64,000 nt of DNA, taken from contig SMSO01000031.1 of assembly GCA_004764695.1 (NCBI GenBank), positions 9,282,761 through 9,346,760 on the forward strand, given 5' to 3'. This DNA is from Schizochytrium sp. TIO01 (taxonomy: Eukaryota; Protista; Bigyra: Labyrinthulomycetes). Below the pieces are notes generated by a model that had not been told where the DNA came from, searched no databases, and saw nothing but the letters and a program-made list of their open reading frames with translations. Shown here one piece after another: positions 47,501-60,655 of the stretch. The translations under genes and the position numbers were made by a program. Numbering within the stretch: the first letter of the stretch is position 1; each line of letters opens with the position of its first letter.

Positions 47501-50500
47501 AGGCATACTTATCCCTACCTAGGTTACGTACCAGAGTTTGTGACGAGACTAGTGAACTCCACTACTATTTTGAGCGCAATGCAAAGTTCTCACTCATATT
47601 CAATAAAACAAGAGCTTGAGGTATCATCACATAACTAATAATTGGTATTGCTGAGTGATAGCATTAAGTTGGTCCAAAATCTATCAAGCCATTAGAACAA
47701 ATGGAATGAACTAATCAGTTTAATTCGACCATGGAGAGCCACGAAGGTGGCAATAGTTCTAGTTTGTTGCAAAAGTATTTCCTCATATCTATATTATTGG
47801 TTGAAACCTCCGTAAGGTGGTCGGCTTCGCTATTCTGCTAGTATTTACACAACCTAATTGGATAGAGGGTTGATACAAAATGAAAGAACTCATGCCCATT
47901 ATGAACTATTTTCTGTTGGTGGTGTGTCACTGTGACACTGAGGTTTATTGACATTTTCCTAGCATGTAAATATAACTGTTTTCTGCGTATGGTAACCCGA
48001 CCACTAAGACTTGTCTGTTTGCCATCTGCGAGCAAAACAAACTTTAAAAAGGAGAGAGGAGAAGGAGAGAAAAGGATAGTAATAAGAACTTGTTTTCTAT
48101 TATTCAAAGAAAAGGAAAGCAGGAGGAGGGGTTTATGATGGGGAAGTGGGAGTGTCTTTTTTCTTTTTATCCTTTTAAAAATAATATTAAGAAATCTAAG
48201 AGCTACTGGGTAGTTAGGTACTAATAACGTACCATGGCAATAAAACATCGTACAAGCGATAAATAGGGTAGGTAAATAGTTGGGTAGGTATTCTAATGAA
48301 GTACCACTGGGTTGTCCATCGCTGTTTTCCGTGCCTCCACAAGAATGACCTCCGGAGCAACCTCTATCGTGCTACCGTTCAAACAATTGCACATCGCAGA
48401 AATATATACCACGTGAGGTGCTGCAATAGTTGGAAGGGGCGTTATGTGTTATGTTAGAGATGGAGCTTAGTTTTGAATGGTGCTTCCTTACAACGTAATA
48501 ATTCGCTGTACTATACATCCGAAGGAGCTTCACCAGACTAACAAATAATTGAAGCTTTCTGGACAGGTGTATGTAAGCTCAATCGCGATGATCGAACGCG
48601 TATAAAGCTTAAAGAGCAACATTTATTGAAATCGAACAAGGAGAAACAAGGACAACTAAAGCTTAGAAGCTTAAGGATGACCAAATGCAGTCCATTTGAT
48701 AATAACATAGACGCGCCTTACGAATGACAATAATTGGAGGTTGTGAGATCTATAGCGCAAGGGTGAGCAAATCTTTGCTTCACTAGTTAGAACATTTTTT
48801 GAGTCAGGAATCATATATTTCATCATGGTAGTATGCGACGGAACGTACTGACTCATACTTGCTAGAACTTTGCTCCTTGTCTCAGATGTTTGAACTCCAA
48901 ACGGTGATATTTTACTGCTTTCCTATGATTCACGGGTATGATTCCGTTTCTGTTCGAATTTTGAAATATAAAACTCTGTTACTACGATGCCGGATAACAT
49001 GCTCGACCACCTGTAAAGTAATCGACATGTGTTGCAGAATAACTATGCATATAAGCAATTTAAAACCTGAATTCCAAAGCCTTTTTCCATAAGATTTTGC
49101 GCCCAAGTATTAAAACTATTTGCTACATGATAGATGATCGTGTTCCGCCAAGTGGGTGCTCATTCTCCTCATCCCTGATACGAAACGTACCTGTATATGC
49201 TGCGATCAACAAGCGCACATGCGCGCATACACAAATTGTTATTCTCATGAGAACCATTATTTAGTGGTGATTATAGCTTGAACATGGGGAAGTCGAGTGG
49301 TCTCAATTCCGTGTAGCGATAAGCTGCCTCGCGCTTTACTTGTTTGGCCACCTGTCTGCTAAACTTTGCACATTTGCACTTTTAGAATTGTGGTGCAGAA
49401 ACGAAAATAGGATGACATATATATTGATTTTGTGAGACTGATGCCCACAGCAGGTTAAAATTAGAAAATAGGAACAAAGTCTTTAAATAAACTTTGTGGC
49501 AACTAACGAATAAAACGTTTTATTCTATAAATTTAATCAAGACAAATTAACCTGTTTCCATAAAATACCGGTAGAAAAAGTTTATATGCTATATTAAGAT
49601 TTTAAAACAGTATTAAAAGTTTAATTGTTACTGTTAGTATACGATCCTACAAGTAAACAATAGATAGATTCAGCAAGATGCTCCGTTTGTCCTATTCGTA
49701 GTAGCTAACAAAAAATAAAGTTTTTTTTTTTTCTTCAAAGCGAGTATTGTATTTTTTATTTTAAATAAAAAATAAAAAATGTAAATGGAGGGTCGTGGGA
49801 GGGCCAATTTTTACAGATAACAAGCAGAGAATATCCAGCAAAGTCTGAGTTACGAAACGAATTGTGAGCGGATGTCTCTGAGTTTTTATCACACATTTCT
49901 TTCTCTATTGACATTCACGCGCGATAAAGTAGCTTGAGTAACCATGCGCACGAGTGTTTCATTTTCCCTTCAAACCTTTTTTACATGCTGACAGGACCTT
50001 AAGAGCTATTGTACAAGATCTCATCAATTGTCATATGAAGACAGTCTGCAAACTTTATTATTTTCATGCCCAATTTCCTTTTGCTCTTTGTAGCATTTAC
50101 TGGTGATTGGGACTTGTGCTTTGCTTTTTAGTATCGTGCACGTGCCCTGATTTTCCTTTCCATTTAACCACAAAAAAAGAGCTGAGGAGAAAGTTTATTT
50201 TGGCAATATGTAGAAATCTTGATACAAAAGAAACAGAAAACGAGGAAGAGAAGAAAAGTTTATGCAACGAATTAACAGTTGGGGTGGACTAAAATTTTCG
50301 GACCCACTGACGGCAGGAGATCATTGGGGTCCGTTTAAAAGTTGAAAGTTGAAAATAAATATTATTTTAAAACCATTGTCACGGTTGTTACCTGGCAGTT
50401 TTAGGTGCTCGGTCACTACCGCCTCATAAAACTGCAAAATATACAAATTATCTGGTAAATGCGCTGAGCACCAAACAAGTTGGTTGCCGCTGTTTCATCT

Positions 50501-50651
50501 ACGTTTCACTAGTGTAACTTACGGTAATATCGTCGAAAGTAACGCGAGATGACATGACTAGTAGAGTTAAGTAATCACATGGCCAATGTCGAAACTAACT
50601 TGAACTTTTAACCTGCATATATTTCCACAGTTTGAAGTACAGCAAAGAGAT

Positions 50652-50670
50652 AGAGAGAGAGAGAGAGAGA
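50652..50670. repeat. (AG)n microsatellite
   Basis: Visible AG run. Confidence 0.85.
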
Positions 50671-51891
50671 CGATCACAAACCACAGGCACCGACATTCTC
50701 ATCGGCAAAATTATTAACTGAAAGTAACATCTTTTCTTGAGCATGCAAATCCACTGATTTACGTATCGTCTTGAATTTGTAGAATCATGTTAGACAGGCT
50801 TGTCTTGCTAGAGACAAATTTTCAGAGTATACTACTAATTTGAAAATAATATTTATGATGTCAAGAGAAATTAACAAATCGTAGCCAACAGCGATAAAAA
50901 TTCTTGAGTAAGTTCTGCTTTCGAAGTGCTCAACACCTCTATACAAAATACAGACAGTAACTCGAGACATAATCTTAGCAAGCCTATTTTAAAAGGTGCA
51001 CATCTTAAAACAAGCTACCTGTAAAGTAAAAAAATCTAAAATTTGTTATGAACATGAAGACGGGAATAATTATCATATCATTCGAGATAGTGTGCCAATA
51101 TACTGTTTAATCCTCCGTGAAGGGAATATTTGCACCAATTGAGTTTTAAAAATATTGGAATACAAAGTATCATTAATGATTACTTTGAAAACACACTATT
51201 CCGCCTTGTAGCATGCGATTAGTTGTTTCAGGAGCATTAAGATATCACAACAATGAAAGAAAGAGATATCCCACTTTTGATAATAAAGATGTTGGCAATG
51301 TATTCTCCGATCGAGCAAGCAGCCCGCAAACCGAAAATCAAGACTTCATGATAGAGAAGCTAAAATCAACACACTTATTGAACTCGTGATCTATATTGTA
51401 CCCATTAGGTTTTAGCCTCTACATTACAATTGAAAGAAAGAAACACTATAGCAATCCAGATTAAGTCCTTAATAGATGCCCTTTTGTTTCCCCATCGTTT
51501 TGGATTTATCAAACCTTTCTTTGACAGCGTAGCCAACCTGATCAGGATACATAAGTCAGAAAACCTGAATATGAAATAGCATAATTCCAAATTGTTATCA
51601 TCTAGAGGTTTCGTATTATTGAAAGAGGGCAGCAAAAGAAGCTACCCCACTCCTAAATCAACAACACCATGTTCCCAATACTTCAGACTCCAGACAAAGC
51701 ACATGTAGCTAAATCAATGAACCCAAAGCTCACGTTGCTGTGGGTATTCGATCGTTACAGTATCGCCACCATTAGTAGTACCCGTTGAAGACCGCCTTCT
51801 CTGTTGAAATCGTATCCTGACAGGTTTCTTTAAATGTCGACACACCAATCAAGTTGCCCTCACGAATGAGAGAATAGCATCTACTGACGTT

Positions 51892-52335
51892 TCATAATGG
51901 TTTTCCTGCCAGTTTAAATTGCTCAAGAGCATCTTCGATAGCTTCTTCACGTGACATTCCGAACTCGTCCATGTTTTCTCTGACGGCCTCGTCAAATGTC
52001 TCCAGGGAGATACCAGCCTGTTTCAAGACCGCAAGGTAAGGTAAATTGGCCTCATTCTCCGGCAAGCGCTCTTGATTGGATGATGAAACAGCAGTCGTTT
52101 GAGAGGACAAAGGTGATACACCTAGACTAGAAATCGCTGCCAAGACAGCGTCCCCATATGATAGGCCTTGCGTTTTCACCTGTTCAAGGATAATCTCATC
52201 GAACGCTGGCGATGAAAGATGATTCATGAGCGTGAACGCACGCTGATCGCCGTGCATAAGGAGAAAAGTGAGCTGCTCTTCTTTGGCACTTTGCAAACGC
52301 AGCTTTAGCTGCAAATCATGTTCAGTCTCGACCAT
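51892..52335 (-). CDS. Small protein ending in an ARMC6-N-terminal-like module
   Basis: The C-terminus ISLETFDEAVRENMDEFGMSREEAIEDALEQFKLAG aligns with ARMC6 residues 68-103. The first ATG is at 52335; the listed ORF starts at a TTG at 52401. Confidence 0.65.
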   Translation of the reverse strand: MVETEHDLQLKLRLQSAKEEQLTFLLMHGDQRAFTLMNHLSSPAFDEIILEQVKTQGLSYGDAVLAAISSLGVSPLSSQTTAVSSSNQERLPENEANLPYLAVLKQAGISLETFDEAVRENMDEFGMSREEAIEDALEQFKLAGKPL

Positions 52336-55300
52336 GCTGTTCAGTTGTTTGGCACGTCGCTTCTTGCGCGAAGAATAGCAACAAGAGAACAGCTGTTGCA
52401 ATTTTGACTTCTTTGCTTTCCTCTCCAGTTAGTAGTAGTAGACAGGATAGGCACATCTCTACTTAGATAATAGTCTTATCTATAAGTACTTTAAAAAGAT
52501 CGCATGATATCACCTGAAGAAAGGAAGCGTTAGGTTATCGAAGTGAGGCTTCAATTGAGAGAGTATTGTTTATAGAAATGTAAAAAACCTACAATGATAT
52601 CTAATGCAGTGTACACGGCAAACAGCTTTCTGATTTCATACCTGCCCGAAGGTGAAACTAGATAGATATTTGTTCGGTATCAGCAATATGCTACCACAGC
52701 TTGCGCTCTCAATTAAAAACGACTCATGGTTACTTATTTATTACACCCTCACGACAGGTAAAGTAGAAAATACTATAGCTTGGTAAGTGCAATCATGCAT
52801 GAGAGAAGGCGATCTCGTTTTCTATCTCACACATTCTCATTTTTTGAAATTCGGAATACAGAAACTGTAAAACTTCCGAGTTTCAGATTAAACTTATTAT
52901 TGCGCGAAGATAAAAGCTCAAGACTTACCAGAGGCGGTGGTCAAGTATCTAGAGCGGAAATTAAATTCTCAAAGAGAAAAATAAAGATGATGATGTATGA
53001 GGTCTACTTAGCTGCGAGTTGCGACATACTGAGAACGTGTTTGCAATCACAATTTATAGTTATCACTTTTTACGTGATACAGGCTGAGATAATAAAATTA
53101 TGGTCAAGACTTAGATTGTAATTGGAATGTCAAATACCTGTGGAGATAAGTAGGAGAAAATTATTCTAATACAATAATAAAAGTAAACTAATTCTACTAA
53201 ACGCAACACTTGAAAAGAAGAAGAAACTATCGTTGACAACTCCTTAATCATTCTGAGAGAAATTGTTGCAGATGCATAAAATTTTAAAATCAATAATAGC
53301 TGCTTGTTTTCAGCCATTTTTTTTAGAGCTGCAGTTTGATAAGCTTTATGTACGACTACAAACGTTGCTGATAATAATTGTATGAGAGGTGTTTTTAGGT
53401 GCTGTTTAGTTAAGCACGGTCATCGCAGCACAGGTGTCATTGTTTTCTTGCCCAATGAATTATACGAGCAACTTCTAGAGTTGAGATTTTATCTGTCATT
53501 AAATTCTAGTAACTATAATTGTTTGAGAACGGAGATTGTCTACACATTGAATTAGAGGTCTTTAGATTTATATATGCTTTAGCTCAAGTAACTTCAGTCT
53601 TCGATTATGGACAGATCTAAGTATTCTCTATTGTGACCACTTGAATGACGAGGTAAAACTGGCCTGACAAAATCTTATTATAATAATTATTAATAAACAA
53701 AACCAGGTAAGTAAGTAATCAGAGCTTCTTTCGGGGATGTCTCGCAGAGCAGACCATCGGTTGATTATTTTTTGTTCTTAAACACTAACTATGACGGGGG
53801 AAGGGAAATGTTCAGATAGCAATGATGTTTGAACTCGTTCACCAACTCCTCTTTTAAAATTAAATTACTACATCGGCAAGGTTTAGCGTAGCTTGAAGCA
53901 AACTGAGACCGCTTTGTCCTTTAAGTGTTATATATAAATACATAGCCTTCTCTATAAATTCAACGCTATACATACCTCTGTCTATCAAGGTCTACTTTGA
54001 AAAGTACTAGCACTTGAATTCTTCGAAAAAACAAAAACAAAAAAATTCATTCGGAATTGTATATGCCAAACCTAGCCCAATGCAAAATGGGTTTTTGTTG
54101 GTTTTGAAATAAGTTACTAAGGCATTATCTGCTGGTCTTGATAACAGCTCGCTAAATTGACCTATCACTCCAATAAACCTTCGGACATCGATTTCGTTCA
54201 ATAGATTCATCCCGCTCTGACCGTTCTTTTCTTTTCTTTTCTTTTCTTTTCCTTCTTCTTCTTCTTCTTCTCTACTAGTGATACCTTGATACCTAGGTAG
54301 GCCAGTCCAATAATATTATGGTTCATATTTTAACCTAGTGTTTTACTTACTTAGTAAGTAAGATCCTATGGTATCTATCCCGACATTCTCTAATACTAAC
54401 AATAGTGATGTAATTCTACGTTGTCCTGCTATATAGTTTCACACCCTCAGAATAAATAGTGGTATTACCTATTACCTCTAAACTTGGGTATCTAACTAAT
54501 CCTCTCTCACCAGTCAGAGGAAATTAAATTAGCTTAGTAAAACAATTACTCAGTGTGATTACTACCTGTGCCTAAGTATGTGCTACTTCTACTTCAACCT
54601 AAGTGAATGAATTGCGCATTCCTACCGATGCTTAATAGTAGTGTATAGGTTAGATACCCTAGCTAGATAGTAGGTACTTTGCGTCTTCTGAGGTAGTAAG
54701 CAGTGGGTGAGACTGTGAGAGTATGTGAGGTAATTTTCAACAACCAAAAGCTCATACTAGTAGCAGTACACTATGAGATGGTATTCCGTAAGAATAAAAC
54801 ACACTCTCTTTCTTTTTTCAAAGTAGTAGTACTAGTACTATTATTATGATTAGTAGTGGTAGTAGAAGTAAGTAAAAACTCCAGTCAAAACAACAAAAAA
54901 CTCATTTTAAACCAGTGGTAGATAGTAGTTACCTACTTTGTGCATAGGATCGGGACTTTATAATAAGCTTTTTACTAAGATTTTACCCTAGAAGGGCTGA
55001 TAGGAGTAGCTTCACCTCTGTCTACTAGCAGGCTTAACGCACCCTTTATAGAATACTCATCGATAAGATGACATCATATGAATAACTTCTCTAGCTAGAG
55101 TTTGATAAATGAACCTAAATGAAGGGAAGTGAATTTAAAAACCTAACTTCAAAGACCCTATTTCTTCTTCTATTATAATCATTATTATAATTATGATTAG
55201 GCCTATATTAGAACATTGCTACTACTAATATTATTCATTTTTATTACTTATAATTAAGTTTTTTTCTTTTCTTTTTTTTAATTAAAAAAATATAGGCAGA

Positions 55301-55551
55301 AAGAAAAATAAAGAAAGAATATAGACAGACTAAAATAGATACTGGAAAACTATATATAACATAGTGAGACTATATTGTATAGTAATAGAGTGAAATTAAT
55401 AAAATGAATGATTATTCAATTGATCACTCAATTATTCAACAAACAAACAAACAAGAGTCGTCTTGCTCGTGGCAGCCTCCTTCCAGCTGCGCGTGTCGGA
55501 GCACTGGCGCGTAGGCTTCTGAAGGACTTGCTTGCGACGTAGCAGAAGCCA

Positions 55552-57612
55552 ATGCAGCGGCTAGGTGGGACCCCTGTCGGTGGCTCTCCCGAACAGTCGG
55601 CGGGCTCTTTCGAAGACAGCATCAATAACCGGAATCGAAGGCACAGCACTGGCGCTGCTTTTTCTCCCTCTTCTTCACTCCCTGCTTCGTCCCCCGCTGC
55701 TGCTGCTGGTCCTTCTTCCTCCTCTTCAACTTCTGTTTCGTCTTCTCCACTCACCTCCTTTACTCCTTCGTTCCCTGCTCCTCCTTCTTCTAAAACCTCT
55801 TCAGCCTCTTCTGTCAGCAGTGCCAAAAATGTGGTGTCTTCTTCAGTGGGAAACAATGAACAGCGCAAAGCAATTCCAGAGGCAGTAAGTTCATACGGCG
55901 CTGTTCTCAGCACTCTGAGCGGCCTGCTTGAAGTTCTTAGCGACCCATCCCAACTTGAGCTTGAGGAGCTGCAAGAAGAGGAAATTCAAAGACTTTTGAA
56001 GGAATGTGAACAAGCACTGGCAGCTCGATCTGGAGCCACTGGAGGCCATTCGGGAACCTCAAGCTCCAGTAGTAGCAGTGGAAACACCAATAACCACACT
56101 ACTATGACGAAAAAGCATCCTTCGATTAAGGAAAATCCCAACGATATCAAGGTTCTTATTGTTGACGATGAAGAAGTTGCAGCACGTCTGATGTCTAATC
56201 AGCTTGCACAACTAAAAATCCGAAACGAGTGGGTCCTTAGTGGCAAAGATGCGCTCAACCGTCTATATGCTTCACCAGAGGAGTTCGACCTTGTTCTCTG
56301 CGATGTCAATATGCCTGGCCTCAGTGGCAGTGATGTGCTCGTGCGGATCCTCAAGCAAAAGCAGATTCGTGATATTCCCATCGTCATGGTTTCAACAGAC
56401 GACGATCTTGATAAAGCAAAGGAACTCGTGAGCGCAGGCGCAAAGGACTATATCGTCAAACCCGTAACACAGATTGCGCTGGTATCTATGTCGCTTAAAG
56501 TTAACGGATGGCGCCAGGAAAGCTCTACAAGACACCTGAAAGCAGTCTATGATATTACCTCAGGACTTCTCGTCAACGTGCGCCTTATTCTCGATCCAAA
56601 GCCCGGTGAGCAGCTACCGGATCTCCCCCAGTCCGTGGGACCTGGCGAGACTTCTTCGGGCCTCCTCAGCGATATTGATACTGATGATGTTCTTGTTCAA
56701 AACCTCATCAGCTCAATGAGTGCAGACCAGGTCGAAATTATCAAGGGTGTAGTTCAAGAGGCGTCTCTCCCAATGTGCAATCTACTGGGCGTCTCTAAGT
56801 CAGCCATTCAACAAGGATCCATCAATATCTTTGATTTTATTGCAGAGGAAGATCGCGCGACGCTAAAACAGCAACTCAAGGAATCGATTTTTGCGCAAAA
56901 CGATGAACGCCCCCATGAAAGGAAGATGCTTTGGCGCTGGCTAGATATTAACCAGTCCGAACTTCCGGTTGTTGGCAGCTGGATTCGCGTGGGTCCTGCT
57001 GCTGAACGACAGGTTCTAATTGAGAGCTCCTCACTGCTTCCAACCTTGATGCTCAAACGTGAAAAGGAAATGCGTGCCGATGCGGAGCGCAAAAAACAAG
57101 AGGCTGAGCAAGGTCGTGACTCCGCCCGTGCTGAGGCTAAGGCAGCAGCAATGGAGAGCCAGCGCCTCAAGGCTGATCTTAGCGTTACGAAGAAGACAGC
57201 AACTAGTGTACAACGAGAGCTCAATTCTATGCTTGGTATCCTACCTGACTTTCACAAAATGCTCAATGAGAACCCTCATGTGCTTACCTGGCGAATTGAA
57301 GTTGCAACGGGTAAAATTGATTTTGTCTCCAAAACTTCATGCCTTCAAATTCTTCACTACACGGATACTGAGGTTGTGGGTCATAACAATTCAGACTTTC
57401 TCCACCCTGATGACGCAGAGCTTGTCCGTTCAAGCTTTCAAGATACCAAAAAGGCCGTCCGGATTCGTCGATTCAATAAAGAGGGAGACACCGTTTGGCT
57501 TGAGTCACGTCCCTATGCTTGGTGGGACACGGCGTGCTCAATTGTTATTGTGACCGAATATGACATTACACGTTTTCATGGGGTTGGTGAATCGGTAACT
57601 GAAAATCATTGA
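55552..57612 (+). CDS. Response regulator: receiver domain, coiled coil and C-terminal PAS domain
   Basis: The receiver motifs are KVLIVDDE, DLVLCDVNMPGLSG (phospho-Asp present), IPIVMVST and GAKDYIVKP. The PAS-like region reads ILHYTDTEVVG...FLHPDD...RRFNKEGDTVWLESR. The N-terminus is Ser-rich. Confidence 0.88.
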   Translation: MQRLGGTPVGGSPEQSAGSFEDSINNRNRRHSTGAAFSPSSSLPASSPAAAAGPSSSSSTSVSSSPLTSFTPSFPAPPSSKTSSASSVSSAKNVVSSSVGNNEQRKAIPEAVSSYGAVLSTLSGLLEVLSDPSQLELEELQEEEIQRLLKECEQALAARSGATGGHSGTSSSSSSSGNTNNHTTMTKKHPSIKENPNDIKVLIVDDEEVAARLMSNQLAQLKIRNEWVLSGKDALNRLYASPEEFDLVLCDVNMPGLSGSDVLVRILKQKQIRDIPIVMVSTDDDLDKAKELVSAGAKDYIVKPVTQIALVSMSLKVNGWRQESSTRHLKAVYDITSGLLVNVRLILDPKPGEQLPDLPQSVGPGETSSGLLSDIDTDDVLVQNLISSMSADQVEIIKGVVQEASLPMCNLLGVSKSAIQQGSINIFDFIAEEDRATLKQQLKESIFAQNDERPHERKMLWRWLDINQSELPVVGSWIRVGPAAERQVLIESSSLLPTLMLKREKEMRADAERKKQEAEQGRDSARAEAKAAAMESQRLKADLSVTKKTATSVQRELNSMLGILPDFHKMLNENPHVLTWRIEVATGKIDFVSKTSCLQILHYTDTEVVGHNNSDFLHPDDAELVRSSFQDTKKAVRIRRFNKEGDTVWLESRPYAWWDTACSIVIVTEYDITRFHGVGESVTENH

Positions 57613-59521
57613 TCACAGCCGTTTCCATGTCTGAAAGAGACGTTTTTTTTTTTTTGTGGCTTGTGAACAAAAGTATTCTGAATCTGTGAATCTTTTCTTC
57701 CTCGTTCGCATCGATGCCCAAACATGGCTGTCTCCCACGTTTCGTCAGCGTCTTTCATCCCGTCTGCGAAGTTGCTGAGAGACTAGTAGGCACTATTTAA
57801 AGCTTGCTTCTGGGTCTCTTCTAGTAACAAGCCTGCGTTTATCCTAGTGCTTTCTCCATACCCATATATATACGTATAGATGTATATGCTTTTGTCCCAG
57901 GCGTGACTGTTACCTGCTCTACTTGAACGAGCTTATTGTAAAGGCTTCATATCTGTTTCATAAATTGGGGTTGCGCCCCTGGTGCGGATCTGTCTCTTTT
58001 TCTTTTACTAACACCGTGGGCATTTTTAAGTAGATGGATGGTGGTATTGAGATATCATTTCTCAATACCTGCTGCATATTAATTTGCGTACTGTGCTGCT
58101 CTTATTTTGAACACGAAGCATGGGTGCATGCTGCGACATCTATCACCAACCTTTTTTTAGTGCCGGTGGAAACTTACCTTTCTGGCAAGTCTCTCGTTTG
58201 CTTCTGCGAAGCATTAAGACACCACCCTTCCTATTGTACATACCTGCACACTTATCAGAGACTTTTTTTGGTGCTCATCATCTAATGCCATTTGAATTGT
58301 TAAAAGTTGTGCGCGTTCTGAACCTTCTTTCTTTTCCTGAAGGTGTATGAAACGATTGCAAAGTAACTTTCCCAGACTCATCAATGTGCGCACCGTTTGT
58401 GAGCCAATATTTTGTTTGTGTGTTTTTGCTGGTATTATGGAAGTAGTTGAAAGTTGTGTTTCAGTCTCCCTCTTTCGACCATGGTCTCAATTACATTTCT
58501 CGCTCACTCTGTTTGTCGCTGTTTTCTCAATCTCAATCGGTCGGGATTGACAAATGCCCTCTTCTTCATCTCTGCTCTTTCTGCTCATTTTCGTCTTTCT
58601 TTTTTTGACCAGAGGTTTCTGGCTCATATGCCTAACCTCTATCCATTTTTGTTGTCTTCTTCTCTACTGTAGACCGAAAATGTCGCTACGTATATGCGAG
58701 CACTTCTTTAATCTATTTACCTTCCGTCTACAACCTTATCGAGGCTCGCTTTCTTGCACATTCTATTCATCATAATCTTCGATCTTCCAATACTCGCTAC
58801 TATCATGGTACCTTCAGACTGTTCTGCACAGAAAAGAAGGATAATTCATTCGAGGCAATATTCAGGGAAGACATGCGGGGATGACTCGCATCTCCTTGCG
58901 TTCTTTGCTGTGATTGCTGGTTTTGCTCTGTTGCTAACTTCCACAGATACGGTATTAGTGTTTTTTTGATTTTTTTAAATAGATGCACGGTCATTCAACA
59001 TCTATCCCCAGCATCTCTTAATCAATGCGGGTGAATCTTATGGCGTAGACAGTGCCTGTAAGCTACAAAGCTGAGATTCATCCTATTTTCAGTGTCTTGT
59101 GCAGGTAGATGTCGCGTCTTTCTTCCCATTCTCAAGCAAGGGCACTTGTATATGCCTTGCTTATCATTCAATTCTATGTCTACTTTTTGCAATAACAATC
59201 CAGCGAAATTGATATTTTAATTTTAGGAAGCTTAGTGCTTGAATCATGCAATGTTGTCTGCACCCAAGATTAAGTGAAAGTATGACCATATATATATGGT
59301 CATGTTTTGTTCTTCCTTTTGACTCAGAAAATCATATTTACATATTTTCAGCTAAATCTTCGTTTCCATACACCGTCTCGCAATAGGGAGACGGAGTTGT
59401 AGAGACGGCAAGGCTCAAAACAAAGCCTCCACTCCGAGGGAGCCGTTTAGCACCTTCACTTATTTTACCTGGATATTCAGCCATCCAATACAAAATGGTT
59501 TTTCGGAGTCTTCAAAATTAT

Positions 59522-60655
59522 TTAGTGATTACTCGTGGAAGAGGTTACTTCCGCAACAAGCTTTCTACCATATGGAGCGGCACAGTAATCTGCCCAAACA
59601 TTGAACGCAAGCATCGCAAGAGCTACGACCGGGGACAAGATTATTTCTACAGGAGCCCACCTTCCACGAGGCGTTATGTTAACGGAGCTTGAAATGAGGA
59701 GATTCTGAATGACATCAGGGGAAGGCAGGTGGTACTCTCCGTGTGCCAAGCCACTCAGCAATGTTTTCACGACAGACTCGGCAGAATAGATATCAGGGGG
59801 GCTGATTTGAGAGGTTTCTTTGGGTTTGCTTTTGTTTTCCTCCTTGAAACCAGGCGTATCCGTATCGGGTGGGTAGGCGATGTGAACACTAATTCCTGTA
59901 CCTTTCAGTTCATTCCGCAAAACATCGGAAAGGCCACGCAAAGCGGATTTGGTGGGAGCATACGATGCATATCCCAAGAATGCAGCACTAGCAACTGCCG
60001 ACGACAAGAAAACTATTTCACCTTTAGTTGCGCGTTCAACCATCATAGATGCTACAGTTTTAGCACAATGAACACTTCCCATATAGTTGATCATCATAGT
60101 ATCGTAAAAGATTGAGGGGTCTTGTTCGAGAAAGTAACCGGGCTGAGATCTGCCTGCTGCATGAATCAGTACCTGAATTGGCGCCCCATCTTGGAGACTT
60201 TCTGCCTTTTCCATTGCGGCTTGCACTTTAGCGTAATCAACTACATCTACAGAAACAGTCTGAACGTTTTCGCCTATTTGACTTTTGGCGTTAGCAAGCT
60301 TCCCCTCGTTACGTGCCATAATTGTCACCTTGGCACCGAGGCGATGGAACGCTTTTGCTAGTTCGAAGCCCATTCCTTCAGAACCTCCAGTGACAACGAC
60401 GTGCTTTCCAGCATACTGTGACAAAGGAGGTTAATGTAAAAAAGGGTGTGTTGATTTTATGTTGCTACTTATGTGAGTGTTTCTGTCATTGCAATCATGT
60501 GTAGCAGTTTCCATTGCTTGAACAAGCGAGTTTGCACGCTGGGAACATACCTTCTTCTTCATGTCTACTTTTCTAAAGTAAAGTTGGCATGCAACGATGG
60601 GAAGGGCTAGAGCCCCAAGCACACATATCGTGGCTACAATAGATGAGTCAAGCAT
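59522..60655 (-). CDS. KDSR: 3-ketodihydrosphingosine reductase (SDR family), two exons: 60551-60655 and 59522-60415
   Basis: Exon 1 encodes a hydrophobic anchor ending KKK. The phase-0 intron 60416-60550 has GTATGT...CATTAAC...CACAG. Exon 2 has TGGSEGMG, YAPTK and the KDSR-typical YPPDTDTPGFKEENKSKP. Confidence 0.88.

Noticed and set aside
48860-49010. Minus-strand VVEHVIRHRS...YFKIR as a chromodomain remnant of a Gypsy element
   Set aside because: Too short and degenerate, with no integrase or RT motifs nearby.
59282-59303. 22-bp perfect palindrome ATGACCATATATATATGGTCAT
   Set aside because: The core is an AT microsatellite, it occurs once, and it has no functional context.
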